64,000 nt of DNA from an uncultured Chloroflexia bacterium (lineage in GTDB: Bacteria; Chloroflexota; Limnocylindria; QHBO01). Under the pieces are notes generated by a model. It worked only from the letters and a program-made list of their open reading frames with translations, made no database searches and was not told where the DNA came from. The stretch is from contig CAWGUL010000005.1 of the NCBI GenBank assembly GCA_963825905.1, positions 25,751-89,750 of the forward strand, written 5' to 3'. A program made the translations under genes and the position numbers. Numbering within the stretch: the first letter of the stretch is position 1; every line of letters starts with the position of its first letter. Shown in pieces: positions 28,543 through 37,652 of the stretch.

Positions 28543-30573
28543 GTGAGCATCCGCTACACGCGCTGGGACGGGTCCCAGCAGCTCTCGCCGTTCGACGCCG
28601 ACGACCTGCTGGAGTCGCTCTCCGACGACCTGCTGGCCGACGGTGACCTGCGGCGCGCCCTCCAGCGCCTGATGCAGCGCGGCGTTCGTGGGGCGCGCGG
28701 CGGCGACGTGCCGGGGTTGCGCGAGATCCTCGAGCGCCTTCGCGCGCGTCGCCAGGCGGAGCTGGAGCGCAGCCAGCTCGGATCGGTCCTCGATGACCTC
28801 GGGGAGCGGCTGGAGAACGTGCTGCGCCTGGAGCGCGAGGGCATCGAGCGCCGCCTCCGGACGGCCGAGCAGCGATCGCTCGACGCCCCGCCGGGGACGG
28901 AGCAAGACCAGAGCCGCATGGCCGAGCAGATCCTGCGGCGCACCGGCCAGCAGCGCCGCGACCGCCTCGATACGCTGCCGGGCGACGCGGCCGGGCGCCT
29001 CCACGGCCTGCGGGACTACGAGTTCATGGACGACGCGGCGCGCGACGCGTTCGCGGCGATCAGCGACGAGCTGCGGCAGCAGATGCTGCAGACCTACTTC
29101 CAGGGCATGCGCGAGGGAGTCCAGGGCGTCACCCCCGAGGACCTCGACGGGGTGCGGGCGATGGTGCGCGACCTCAACGCCCTGCTCGAGAAGCACGCGA
29201 GCGGCGCCGACACGCGCGAGGACTTCGTGCGCTTCATGGCCGAGCACGGCGGCTACTTCCCGCCCGGCATCGGCTCGGTCGATGAGCTGATCGAGCACCT
29301 CCACCGCCAGGCGTCGCAGATGGCTTCGCTGCTGGCCAGCATGAGCCCGCAGCAGCGGGCCGAGCTGCAGCAGCTGATGGATGACCTCCTCCGCGACGAT
29401 CGGCTGCGCTGGGACATGGCGCGGCTTGCCGGCAACCTCCAGCAGGCGCGCCCGGATCTTCCGTTCGGCGAGCCGTACCCGTTCGCGGGTGACGAGCCGA
29501 TGGGCCTGGCGCAGGCGCTCGCCGCCATCGACCGTCAGCAGCAGTACGACACCATGGAGGAGCAGCTCCTCGCCGCCCGCGATCCCGACGCGCTCGAGCG
29601 GCTCGACCGCGACGCGCTCCGCGACCTCGGCGGCGACGACGCGATCGACGAGCTGGATCGGCTGGCGGACCTCACCAAGGCGCTCGAGGAGGCCGGCTAC
29701 ATCCACCGCGAGGGCGGGCGGCTGGAGCTCACGCCCCGCGCGGCACGCAAGCTCGGGACGCAGGCGCTGGCGCAGATCTTCGGCCGGCTGCGGCGCGAGG
29801 GGCTCGGCGGACACACGCGTCCGCGCCCGGGCCGCGGCGGTGAGCTCACCGACGACACGAAGCGCTACGAGTTCGGGGACACGTTCAACGTCGACATCAA
29901 CCGCACCCTGTTCAACGCCATGGGGCGCATCGGGCCGGGCGTGCCAGTCGTCATCGGTCCCGAGGACTTCGAGGTGCATCGGTCGGAGGAGACGACGACG
30001 GCGAGCACCGTCCTCCTCCTGGACATGAGCCGCTCGATGCTCCTGCGGGGCTGCTCGACCGCCGCCAAGCGGGTCGCCATGGCGCTCCACGCCCTCATCG
30101 CCACTCGTTATCCGCGCGACCGGCTATGGGTCGTGGGCTTCGCGTACTACGCTCGCCAGATCAAGCCGGAGGCGATCGCGACGCTCTCGCCGTACGAGTT
30201 CGAGTACGGCACGAACCTCCAGCACGCGCTCCTCATCGCGCGCCAGCTCCTCGGCCGCCGCGCGGGCGGGAACAAGCAGATCGTCGTCATCACCGACGGC
30301 GAGCCGACCGCGCACGTCGCCAACGGCCAGGTCGAGTTCAGCTACCCGCCGACCGTGCGCACCATGCAGTCCACGCTGCGCGAGGTGGGACGCTGCACGC
30401 GCGAGGGGATCGTCATCAACACGTTCATGCTCGAGCGTTCGCGCTACCTGTCGGAGTTCGTCGACCTCATGAGCCGCATCAACCGCGGACGCGCCTTCTA
30501 CGTCGAGCCGGAGCACCTCGGCGAGTACGTCCTCGTCGACTACGTGAACGGTCGCACCAGCCGGGTCGCCTGA
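28543..30573 (+). CDS. coiled-coil plus C-terminal von Willebrand factor A (vWA) domain protein
   Basis: GTG 28543 lies 10 nt after the AAA+ stop. Long charged helical N-terminal region. vWA with MIDAS VLLLDMSRSM and VVITDGEPTA. Confidence 0.8.
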   Translation: MSIRYTRWDGSQQLSPFDADDLLESLSDDLLADGDLRRALQRLMQRGVRGARGGDVPGLREILERLRARRQAELERSQLGSVLDDLGERLENVLRLEREGIERRLRTAEQRSLDAPPGTEQDQSRMAEQILRRTGQQRRDRLDTLPGDAAGRLHGLRDYEFMDDAARDAFAAISDELRQQMLQTYFQGMREGVQGVTPEDLDGVRAMVRDLNALLEKHASGADTREDFVRFMAEHGGYFPPGIGSVDELIEHLHRQASQMASLLASMSPQQRAELQQLMDDLLRDDRLRWDMARLAGNLQQARPDLPFGEPYPFAGDEPMGLAQALAAIDRQQQYDTMEEQLLAARDPDALERLDRDALRDLGGDDAIDELDRLADLTKALEEAGYIHREGGRLELTPRAARKLGTQALAQIFGRLRREGLGGHTRPRPGRGGELTDDTKRYEFGDTFNVDINRTLFNAMGRIGPGVPVVIGPEDFEVHRSEETTTASTVLLLDMSRSMLLRGCSTAAKRVAMALHALIATRYPRDRLWVVGFAYYARQIKPEAIATLSPYEFEYGTNLQHALLIARQLLGRRAGGNKQIVVITDGEPTAHVANGQVEFSYPPTVRTMQSTLREVGRCTREGIVINTFMLERSRYLSEFVDLMSRINRGRAFYVEPEHLGEYVLVDYVNGRTSRVA

Positions 30574-30581
30574 GCGCACCG

Positions 30582-31524
30582 ATGCCGGACTGGGATCCGG
30601 ACGTCGACGTGACTCCGGAGCTCGCGCGACGCCTCATCGACGGCCAGCTGCCCGAGCTCGCCGGCCGGCCGCTCGAGCACATCGCGTCCGGCTGGGACAA
30701 CGCCGTCTTCCTCGTCGACGGGGCGTGGGCCGTCCGCTTCCCGCGCCGCGCGGTGGCGGTGCCCGGCGTGCGGCGGGAGATCGCCCTCCTGAAGGGCATC
30801 GCGCCGCGGTTGCCGCTGCCGATCCCGGTGCCGCGCATTCGTCGGTCGGCCGGCCGCCGACTACCCCTGGCCATTCTTCGCCGCCCCCTTCATCGCCGGT
30901 GACGAGCCCGCACGCGTCGCGCTCGACGACGCCGCGCGCGGGGCGCTGGCCGCGCCGCTCGCGACGTTCCTGCGCGCGCTCCACGCGCCCTCGCTGGCGG
31001 CCGAGATCGGCGATCGGCTGCCGGTCGACCCGATGCGGCGCGCCGACATGGGCTTCCGCGTCCCGATGGCGCGCCGGCGGCTGGAGGAGGCCGCGGCCGC
31101 CGGCATCGTCGACCTTCGCGCCGACGCAGCGGAGCTGCTGGCCGAGGCGGAGCCGCTCCCGCCCGGCGTCCCGAGCGTCGTGGCCCACGGGGACCTCCAT
31201 CTCCGCCACCTTGTCGTCACGCCGGAGGGTCGAGCGGCAGGCGTCATCGACTGGGGCGACCTCTGCCTCGCCGATCCGAGCATCGACCTCGTCCTGGCGT
31301 GGGGCCTGCTGCCGGCGGCGGCGCGGCCCGCATTCGCGGCGGCGTACGGACCGATCGACGAGGCCGCGTGGCTCCGCTCGCGCTTGCTGTCGATGTTCCT
31401 GGCGGTGGTGCTGGCGGTCTACGGGCGCGCGACCGGAGACACCGCGCTCGAGCTCGCGTCGGTCGCCGCGGCGCGGCGGACGCTCGAGGGCTCCGGTGCC
31501 GGGTCCGGCATGATGGTGGCATGA
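30582..31524 (+). pseudogene. aminoglycoside/choline-kinase-type phosphotransferase (APH family); one extra base near 30837 as sequenced
   Basis: ...PLPIPVPR, then the next frame continues FVGRPAADYPWPFF...VVAHGDLHLRHLVV...GVIDWGD. Span length is 3n+1. Confidence 0.75.
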
Positions 31525-32446
31525 CGCAGCGTCCGCTGAAGGTCGGGGTCCAGCTCCCCGAGGTCGAGTACGTCGCCAGCTGGCCGGAGCAGCGCGCGAT
31601 GGCGCTCGCCGCCGAGGAGGTCGGCCTCGACTCGGTCTGGGTCGGCGACCACCTCCTCTACCGAGGCGACGGGCTGCCGGAGCGCGGGCCGTGGGACGCG
31701 TGGTCGAGCCTGGCCGCGCTGGCCGCGATCACCGAGCGCGTGGAGCTCGGGACCGCTCGTGGCGGCGACCAGCTTCCACAACCCGGCCCTGCTCGCCAAG
31801 AAGGCCGCCACGGTCGACGAGATCAGCGGCGGGCCGCCTGATCCTGGGCCTCGGCGCGGGCTGGAACGAGGCGGAGTATCGCGCCTACGGCTTCCCATTC
31901 GACCACCGCGTCAGCCGCTTCGAGGAGGCCTTCACCATCATCCGCGAGCCTCCTGCGCGACGGGCGCGTCGACTTCGCCGGGACCTATCTACCAGGCGCG
32001 AGGACTGCGTCCTCCTGCCGCGCGGACCGCGTCCCGGCGGGGCCGCCGCTCATGGTCGGCAGCATGGGGGAGCGGATGCTCGCCATCACGCTGCCGCACG
32101 TCGACGCGTGGAACGCGTGGTTCACGTGGTTCGGCAACACGGTGGAGGGCTATCGCGAGCTTCGCGCGCGAATCGACGGTGCGTGCCGCGCGGCGGGCCG
32201 CGATCCGGCAGAGCGTCGAGCGCACCGTGGCGCTGTTCGTCGGCTTCGAGGGCGCGAAGGGCCGGCAGCTCGGCGACCTCAACGCGCCCGGACACCGCCG
32301 CCATCCCCGGCGAGCCGGCGACGCTGGCCGCCACGCTGCGCGCATTCGCGGCCGAAGGGGTGGCGCATGTGCAGCTCGTCCTCGACCCGATCACGGAGAC
32401 GACGATCCGTGCGCTCGCCCCCACGCTCGCGCTCCTCGATCGCTGA
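31521..32446 (+). pseudogene. LLM-class (luciferase-like) flavin/F420-dependent oxidoreductase, interrupted by eight single-base insertions as sequenced
   Basis: The product can be followed through frames 0>1>2>0>1>2>0>1>2: MTQRPLKVGVQLPE...ERVELG / PLVAATSFHNPALLAKKAATVDEISGG / RLILGLGAGWNEAEYRAYGFPFDHRVSRFEEAFTIIRE / LLRDGRVDFAGTY / YQA / EDCVLLPRGPRPGG / PPLMVGSMGERML...GRDPA / SVERTVALFVGFEG...NAP / DTAAIPGEPATL...LLDR. 926 nt = 3n+8. Confidence 0.75.
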
Positions 32447-32553
32447 CGCGGACGCAGCCGGAGGCGGCGCGGATCGCCTGCTATGCTCGCCGGCATGGAT
32501 GCCCAGCCGCCCGCCCTCCCATCGGACGCCGCGGTGACCTGCGCGCCGAGCCG

Positions 32554-32979
32554 GTGACGAACGTGGCCGGCGAGCACGCGGTGATCGTGCGGGAGGGCGA
32601 GCGGATGCGGGCGCTGCTGGCGGCGACGCGCACCGATGGGACCGAGACGCTGCTCGTCATGCCGCTCGACCACGAGGTCGAGGTGCGCGTCGACGGTGAC
32701 GCGCTCGCGATGTACGTCGCATCCGGCTCGGTGAGCGTGCCCGGCCGCCGCCTCGGCGGCGTGCCGGCGTGGGCGAGCGCCATCGGTGCCGTGCTGCTGC
32801 TCGTCGTCGTCGCATTCGCGGTGCTCGGCAGCCTCACGTTCTTCGGCTGGCTGTTCGGCAGCGTGCATCGGGGGCCGCTGAGCGCGCGTGGGCGAACCGG
32901 TCGCCAACCTGCCGCCGACGAGCGGGATCATCGCCATGCGGATCTCGCTCGAGTACGGCGGACGCGGACGAGTTCGTGA
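32554..32979 (+). CDS. hypothetical single-TM protein (ends uncertain)
   Basis: VTNVAGEHAVIVREGERMRALL...WASAIGAVLLLVVVAFAVLGSLTFFGWLF. GTG 32554 is in a GTGA overlap with the stop of a 20-codon ORF starting at ATG 32495. The R-rich tail suggests a further undetected frame error. Confidence 0.3.
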   Translation: MTNVAGEHAVIVREGERMRALLAATRTDGTETLLVMPLDHEVEVRVDGDALAMYVASGSVSVPGRRLGGVPAWASAIGAVLLLVVVAFAVLGSLTFFGWLFGSVHRGPLSARGRTGRQPAADERDHRHADLARVRRTRTSS

Positions 32980-33194
32980 AGACGCTCGAGCGGGCGCTCG
33001 CACGCGGTGGTGAGCGCGGCGCCACCGTGGTCGCGCTGCTCGACCGCGGCGACCTGGCGATCCACATCCCGCGCGAGGACGGACCGAGCTGGAACACGGT
33101 GCCGCTCGTCCACGTCCACCGCGGCCGCGGCGCGAACGCCGAGCAATGGGGGACCGCGAACGCCATCCTCGAGAAGCTCGAGCGATATCGCTGA
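32936..33194 (+). pseudogene. small hypothetical protein (~85 aa); one extra base near 32960 as sequenced
   Basis: MRISLEYG, then the next frame continues DADEFVKTLERALARGGERGATVVALLDRGDLAIHIPREDGPSWNTVPLVHV...LEKLERYR. Span length is 3n+1. A GTG 32885 start is also possible. Confidence 0.35.
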
Positions 33195-33196
33195 CG

Positions 33197-34040
33197 ATGC
33201 GTGTCTACATCTCCGTCGACATGGAGGGGATCGCCGGCGATCGCCCATCCGCACCAGGTCTCGTTCGACGCCACGCACCCCGACCGGACCGATTACGACC
33301 GCTCGCGCTCGCTCATGGCCGGCGAGGCGAACGCGGCGGTGGCCGCGGCGTTCGAGGCGGGTGCGGACGAGGTCGTCGTCAACGACAGCCACTGGCAGAT
33401 GCGGAACCTGCGCGCCGAGGAGATGGACCCGCGGGCGCGGCTGCTCATCGGTGACAAGCCGTTCAGCATGACCCAGGGCATCGGTCGCGACGAGGCCTTC
33501 GAGGCCGCCGCCTTCATCGGCTACCACGCCGGGGCGGGGAGCGCTGCGGGCATCATCGGTCACACCTACTCGAACGTCGTGCTCGAGGCGCGGATCAACG
33601 GCGACGCCGCACAACGAGGCGGGGCTGAACGCGATGCGCCTCGGCGCTCACGGCGTGCCGGTCGTGCTCGTCGCAGGCGACGACGCGCTGGCCGCCGAGG
33701 TGGAGCGCCTGCTGCCGTGGGCCGAGCGGGTCGTCGTCAAGCGCGCGCAGGCCGCCCTCGTGGCCGATTCGCTCTCCCCGGCTGCAGCGCGCGAGGCGAT
33801 CGGGGCTGGCCTGCACCGCGGCACTCGGAGCGCCTCGCCGCGATGGAAACGTATCGGGTCACGGCGCCGGTGCGCCTCGAGGTCGACCTGCGGCTGCCGA
33901 TCATGGCCGACTATTGCGCCGTCATCCCCGGTGTCGAGCGCTGCGGGCCACGCAGCGTCACCGCGACCGCGGACGATGCCGAAACAGCCTTCCGCTACTT
34001 CATCGCCATCATGCGCATGGCCCAGGTGCCGGCGGGCTGA
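33197..34040 (+). pseudogene. M55 family D-aminopeptidase (DppA-like), interrupted by four single-base insertions as sequenced
   Basis: MRVYISVDMEGIAG / IAHPHQVSFDATHPDRTDYDRSRSLMAGEANAAV...ARINGDA / NEAGLNAMRLGAHGVPVVLVAGDDA...REAIGAGL / TAAL / ERLAAMETYRVTAPVRLEVDL...MAQVPAG. 844 nt = 3n+4. Confidence 0.7.
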
Positions 34041-34052
34041 CGCCCGAGACCG

Positions 34053-34610
34053 ATGCGCAGGACGAGCCTCGACCGAGCTCCCGCCGGCGACCGGCTGGCA
34101 CCGATGACCGTCGAGCAGCAGCGCGCGCTGCGCTCGATGATGGGGCGCTTCGCCACCGGCGTCTCGGTCGTGGCCGCTCGCCACGGGCCGCTGCTCGCCG
34201 GGATGACCGCCAACGCGATCGCCACCATCAGCATCGATCCGCCGCTCCTCATGGCGAGCGTCAACCGCGCCACCGAGACGCATGAGGCGATCGTCGGCAG
34301 CCACTCGTTCGCCGTCTCGGTCCTGTCCGACGCGCAGCAGTCCCTGGCGGAGTGCTTCGCGCAGCCGATCACGGCCGACAAGGTGCGCCGCTTCTGCGAC
34401 GCCCCGTGGCACGAGGCGGAAACCGGCTCGCCGATCCTCGACGGCGCGATCGCCTTCTTCGACTGCCGCGTGGCTGCGCGCCACGACGGCGGGACGCACT
34501 CGATCTTCGTGGGCGAGATCGTCGCCGGCAGCTATGACACCGGCATGGCGCCGCTCATCTGGTTCGGCAGCCGGTATCGGCGGCTGGCGCCAGACGAGGC
34601 GGAGCGATGA
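34053..34610 (+). CDS. flavin reductase family protein
   Basis: FATGVSVVAARHGPLLAGMTANAIATISIDPPLLMASV, THSIFVGEIV. Alternative start ATG 34104. Confidence 0.85.
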   Translation: MRRTSLDRAPAGDRLAPMTVEQQRALRSMMGRFATGVSVVAARHGPLLAGMTANAIATISIDPPLLMASVNRATETHEAIVGSHSFAVSVLSDAQQSLAECFAQPITADKVRRFCDAPWHEAETGSPILDGAIAFFDCRVAARHDGGTHSIFVGEIVAGSYDTGMAPLIWFGSRYRRLAPDEAER

Positions 34611-35189
34611 ATGGCATCCCCACCTGGGAGCGGCTGCGGGCGCCGGACCGGCGCCGAGCTCGAGATTGCGCCGCTCGAGCGCGCGCAGGTGGACGAGCTG
34701 CTCGTCGAGGATGGCGACCTGCCGGCCTTCGGTGGCGCGACCGTCTTCGACGCGTGGCGGAGCGTTGGCGCCGTGGTGCTGCGCGCTGCCCGCATCGAGG
34801 AGGGTCGGGTGACGCCCCTGCTCGTGACGGCGGCGACGATCGAGATTCGTGGCTCGGACGGCCGCCTCGAGGCGCTGCTCGGCGCCGACCGTGCGGTCGC
34901 CGCGGCGGGCGAGCTCGAGCACCTCGCGTGTGCCTGCCGGGGGATCAGCGCCGACGCGGTGTACCGCGCCATCGGTCACGGCTGGTCGACCGCCGACCAG
35001 CTCAAGCGTGCCACGCGAGTGGCGTTCGGAGAGTGCCAGGGGCGGCGGTGCGTGCCGTGGCTGGCGGCGCGGCTCGAGCTCGAACCGGGCGATCCGCGGG
35101 CACGGCTCACCCCGCGCCCGCCGCTCGTGCCCGTCCCGGCGGCGGTGCTTGCCGCCTACGCGGGCGACGCCTCACCCGACGCAGGCTGA
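34611..35189 (+). CDS. (2Fe-2S)-binding BFD-like domain protein
   Basis: C-terminal CACRGISADAVYRAIGHGWSTADQLKRATRVAFGECQGRRC resembles the BFD-like [2Fe-2S] motif. The N-terminal half is unassigned. Confidence 0.55.
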   Translation: MASPPGSGCGRRTGAELEIAPLERAQVDELLVEDGDLPAFGGATVFDAWRSVGAVVLRAARIEEGRVTPLLVTAATIEIRGSDGRLEALLGADRAVAAAGELEHLACACRGISADAVYRAIGHGWSTADQLKRATRVAFGECQGRRCVPWLAARLELEPGDPRARLTPRPPLVPVPAAVLAAYAGDASPDAG

Positions 35190-35560
35190 GCACCGCCCGG
35201 GGACGGCAGCAGCTGCTCGACGAAGTCGACGAACTCGCGGAAGTCGAACGGCTTGCGGATGACCGGCGCCAGGTCGGCCAGGCGGTCCGCATCCTCGTCG
35301 CCGACCGCGGTGCAGAACAGGATCGGGATGTCGCGGTACTGCGGCCGCTCGCGGAGGGATCGCACGACCTGCGCGCCGTCCTCGTCCGGCAGCATCTGGT
35401 CGAGGATCAGCAGCTTCGGCTGCTCGCCCGCCACGAGCCGCGTGTAGAGCGCCTCGGCGTCGCCGAAGCCCTCCGCGCTGTGGCCGATCTCCTCGAGCAC
35501 CGCCACCATCGCGGTGCGGATCAGGGGCTCGTCGTCGACGATCCAGACCGATGCAGCCAT
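35156..35560 (-). CDS. single-domain response regulator (CheY-like receiver)
   Basis: VWIVDDEPLIR, phospho-acceptor region LLILDQMLPDEDG, conserved Lys in VIRKPF. AGGAGG Shine-Dalgarno upstream of ATG 35560. Confidence 0.85.
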   Translation of the reverse strand: MAASVWIVDDEPLIRTAMVAVLEEIGHSAEGFGDAEALYTRLVAGEQPKLLILDQMLPDEDGAQVVRSLRERPQYRDIPILFCTAVGDEDADRLADLAPVIRKPFDFREFVDFVEQLLPSPGGAQPASGEASPA

Positions 35561-35603
35561 GTTCCTCCTTTGGGCAGCCTCTTCGGAGCGTGCATGCGGT
35601 CCG

Positions 35604-36914
35604 TCAGGCGCCAATCGCCTCGAGTGCCGCGCCGATTGCCGTCACCGCCAGCTCAACCTCGTCGTCGGTCGTGACGAGCGGCGGGATGATGCGTACCACC
35701 TGCCCGTACGTGCCGCAGGTGAGGAGCAGCAGGTTCCGCGCCAGCGCCTCGGCGAGCAGCGCCTTCGCCAGGTCGGGGCGCGGCGTGAGGCTCGGTCCCT
35801 CGGCCAGCTCGATCGCCACCATCGCCCCGCGGCCGCGCACCTCGGCGACGGTGCGATGCCCGTCGGTCACGCGGCGGAGGCCGGCCAGCAGTCGATCGCC
35901 GATCTGCACCGCCCGATCGACGAGATGCTCGTCGTCGATCACGTCGAGCGTCGCCAGCGCGGCGGCGCAGGCGACGACGTTGCCGCCGTACGTGCCGCCG
36001 TGGGCGCCCGGGGCGAAGCGCTCGAGCAGGTCCTGCCGCGCGAGGATGCCGGAGAGCGGCAGCCCGGACGCGATGCCCTTCGCCATGACCACGATGTCGG
36101 GGGTGGCATCGGTCCACTCGGTCGCGAAGAACCGGCCGGTACGGGCGAAGCCGGTCTGCACCTCGTCGACCGCGAGCAGGATCCCGTGGCGGTCGGCCAC
36201 CTCGCGCAGGGCGCGCAGGAACCCATCTGGCGGCACGACGTACCCGCCCTCGCCGAGGATCGGCTCCACCAGGAACGCGGCCACGTCGTCGGGGTAGACG
36301 AGCGTCGCGAACAGCTCGTCGAGCGCCGCGAGGGTGGTCGCCAGGGCCGCCTCCTCGCCGCCGAGGCGGAGCGGGTAGGGGAACGGCACGAAGTGCACGC
36401 CGCCGAGCAGCGGCTCGAAGTGGCCGCGGTACTTGACGCCCGAGCTGGTGAGGGCCATCGCACCGTGGGTGCGGCCGTGGAAGCCACCGCGGAACGCCAC
36501 CACGTTCGTGCGGTGGGTTGCCATCTTCGCGAGCTTCACCGCCGCCTCGACCGCCTCGGCGCCCGAGTTCGACAGGAAGAGCCCGTACGCGGTGTCGCGG
36601 TCCGGATTCGGGAAGCGACGCGGCAGCCGGTCGTGGAGCTCCAGCCCGGCCTGGTGGTACACGATGTTCTGCTGCAGGTGGATGCCGCGCGCCGCCTGGG
36701 CGGCGATGGCGGCCGCCACCTTCGGGTGGGCGTGGCCGGTGTTCGTGACCCCGATGCCGCTCGTGTAGTCCAGGTAGCGGGCTCCGTCGATCGTCTCGAG
36801 CCACGCGCCCTCGCCGCGCGCGACGACGAGGTCGGTGTAGCGCGCCCAGACGGACGGCACGCCGTCGCGGAGCGCGTTCCAGTCGGTCAGAAGGTCGGTG
36901 GTGTGTTGATCCAT
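35604..36914 (-). CDS. class-III pyridoxal-phosphate aminotransferase (4-aminobutyrate/putrescine aminotransferase-like)
   Basis: YLDYTSGIGVTNTGHAHPKV, LLAVDEVQTGFARTGRFFA, PLP-Lys region VVMAKGIASGLPLS. 436 aa from ATG 36914. Confidence 0.9.
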   Translation of the reverse strand: MDQHTTDLLTDWNALRDGVPSVWARYTDLVVARGEGAWLETIDGARYLDYTSGIGVTNTGHAHPKVAAAIAAQAARGIHLQQNIVYHQAGLELHDRLPRRFPNPDRDTAYGLFLSNSGAEAVEAAVKLAKMATHRTNVVAFRGGFHGRTHGAMALTSSGVKYRGHFEPLLGGVHFVPFPYPLRLGGEEAALATTLAALDELFATLVYPDDVAAFLVEPILGEGGYVVPPDGFLRALREVADRHGILLAVDEVQTGFARTGRFFATEWTDATPDIVVMAKGIASGLPLSGILARQDLLERFAPGAHGGTYGGNVVACAAALATLDVIDDEHLVDRAVQIGDRLLAGLRRVTDGHRTVAEVRGRGAMVAIELAEGPSLTPRPDLAKALLAEALARNLLLLTCGTYGQVVRIIPPLVTTDDEVELAVTAIGAALEAIGA

Positions 36915-37652
36915 AGCAGGCGCGTCTCCTCGCCGGCGGTGTTGCGCCAGCGGTGCGGCAGGGTGGAGGGAAAGGTGAGGGCGTCCCCGACGCGCAGGTC
37001 GTGGCACTCGGCCGTGCCAATCCAGATCGGTGACCGCACCGGCCAGGACGTAGAGGAACTCCTCCCCGTCGTGGGCGTAGGCGCCCTCGCTGGTGGCGCC
37101 CGGCTCGAGCACGAACAGATGCGGCTCGAGCTGGCCGGGGCGCAGCGCGAGCTGCTCGATTCGCACCCCGTCGCCGAGGGTCGTCACCGCACGCTCGGTG
37201 CGGCGCACCACGCGTCCAGACGTGTGGGAGCTGGTGAGCTCCACGAGGGTGGTGTCGTAGGCGCGGGTGATGCGCTGGAGCGCGGCGACGCTCGGATTCG
37301 CGCTGCCGCGCTCGATCGCGGACAGGTGGCTGGCCGACATGCCGCACCGATCCGCCGCGTCGCGCAGGCCGAGGCCCCGCGACTCGCGCAGGTGCCGCAG
37401 CCGCGCGCCGTCGATGCGGCTCGCGGATCCGCGCGCCCGGGCGAGGAGGCGCCGGATGCCCGGACCGTTCACGAGCTCGACGCGACGCATGCGACGCACG
37501 GCACGGAGGCGCGCCACGTCGTCGGGGCTGTAGACGCGGTACCCGCTCTCCGAGCGGCGCGGACGGACGAGGCCCTCGCGCTCCCATCGCCGCAGCGCTG
37601 ACGGCGACGCGCCAACCGCCTCAGCGGCCTGGCTGATGCGCAGCCCGCTCAC
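36887..37652 (-). pseudogene. three-domain transcriptional regulator (MerR-type HTH + XRE-type HTH + cupin); one extra base near 37025 as sequenced
   Basis: ISQAAEAVGASPSALRRWEREGLV (MerR HTH), LRDAADRCGMSASHLSAIERG (XRE HTH), HDGEEFLYVLAGAVTD, then the next frame continues WIGTAECHDLRVGDALTFPSTLPHRWRNTAGEETRLLWINTPPTF and stops at 36887-36889. GTGA overlap with the upstream permease stop. Confidence 0.7.
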
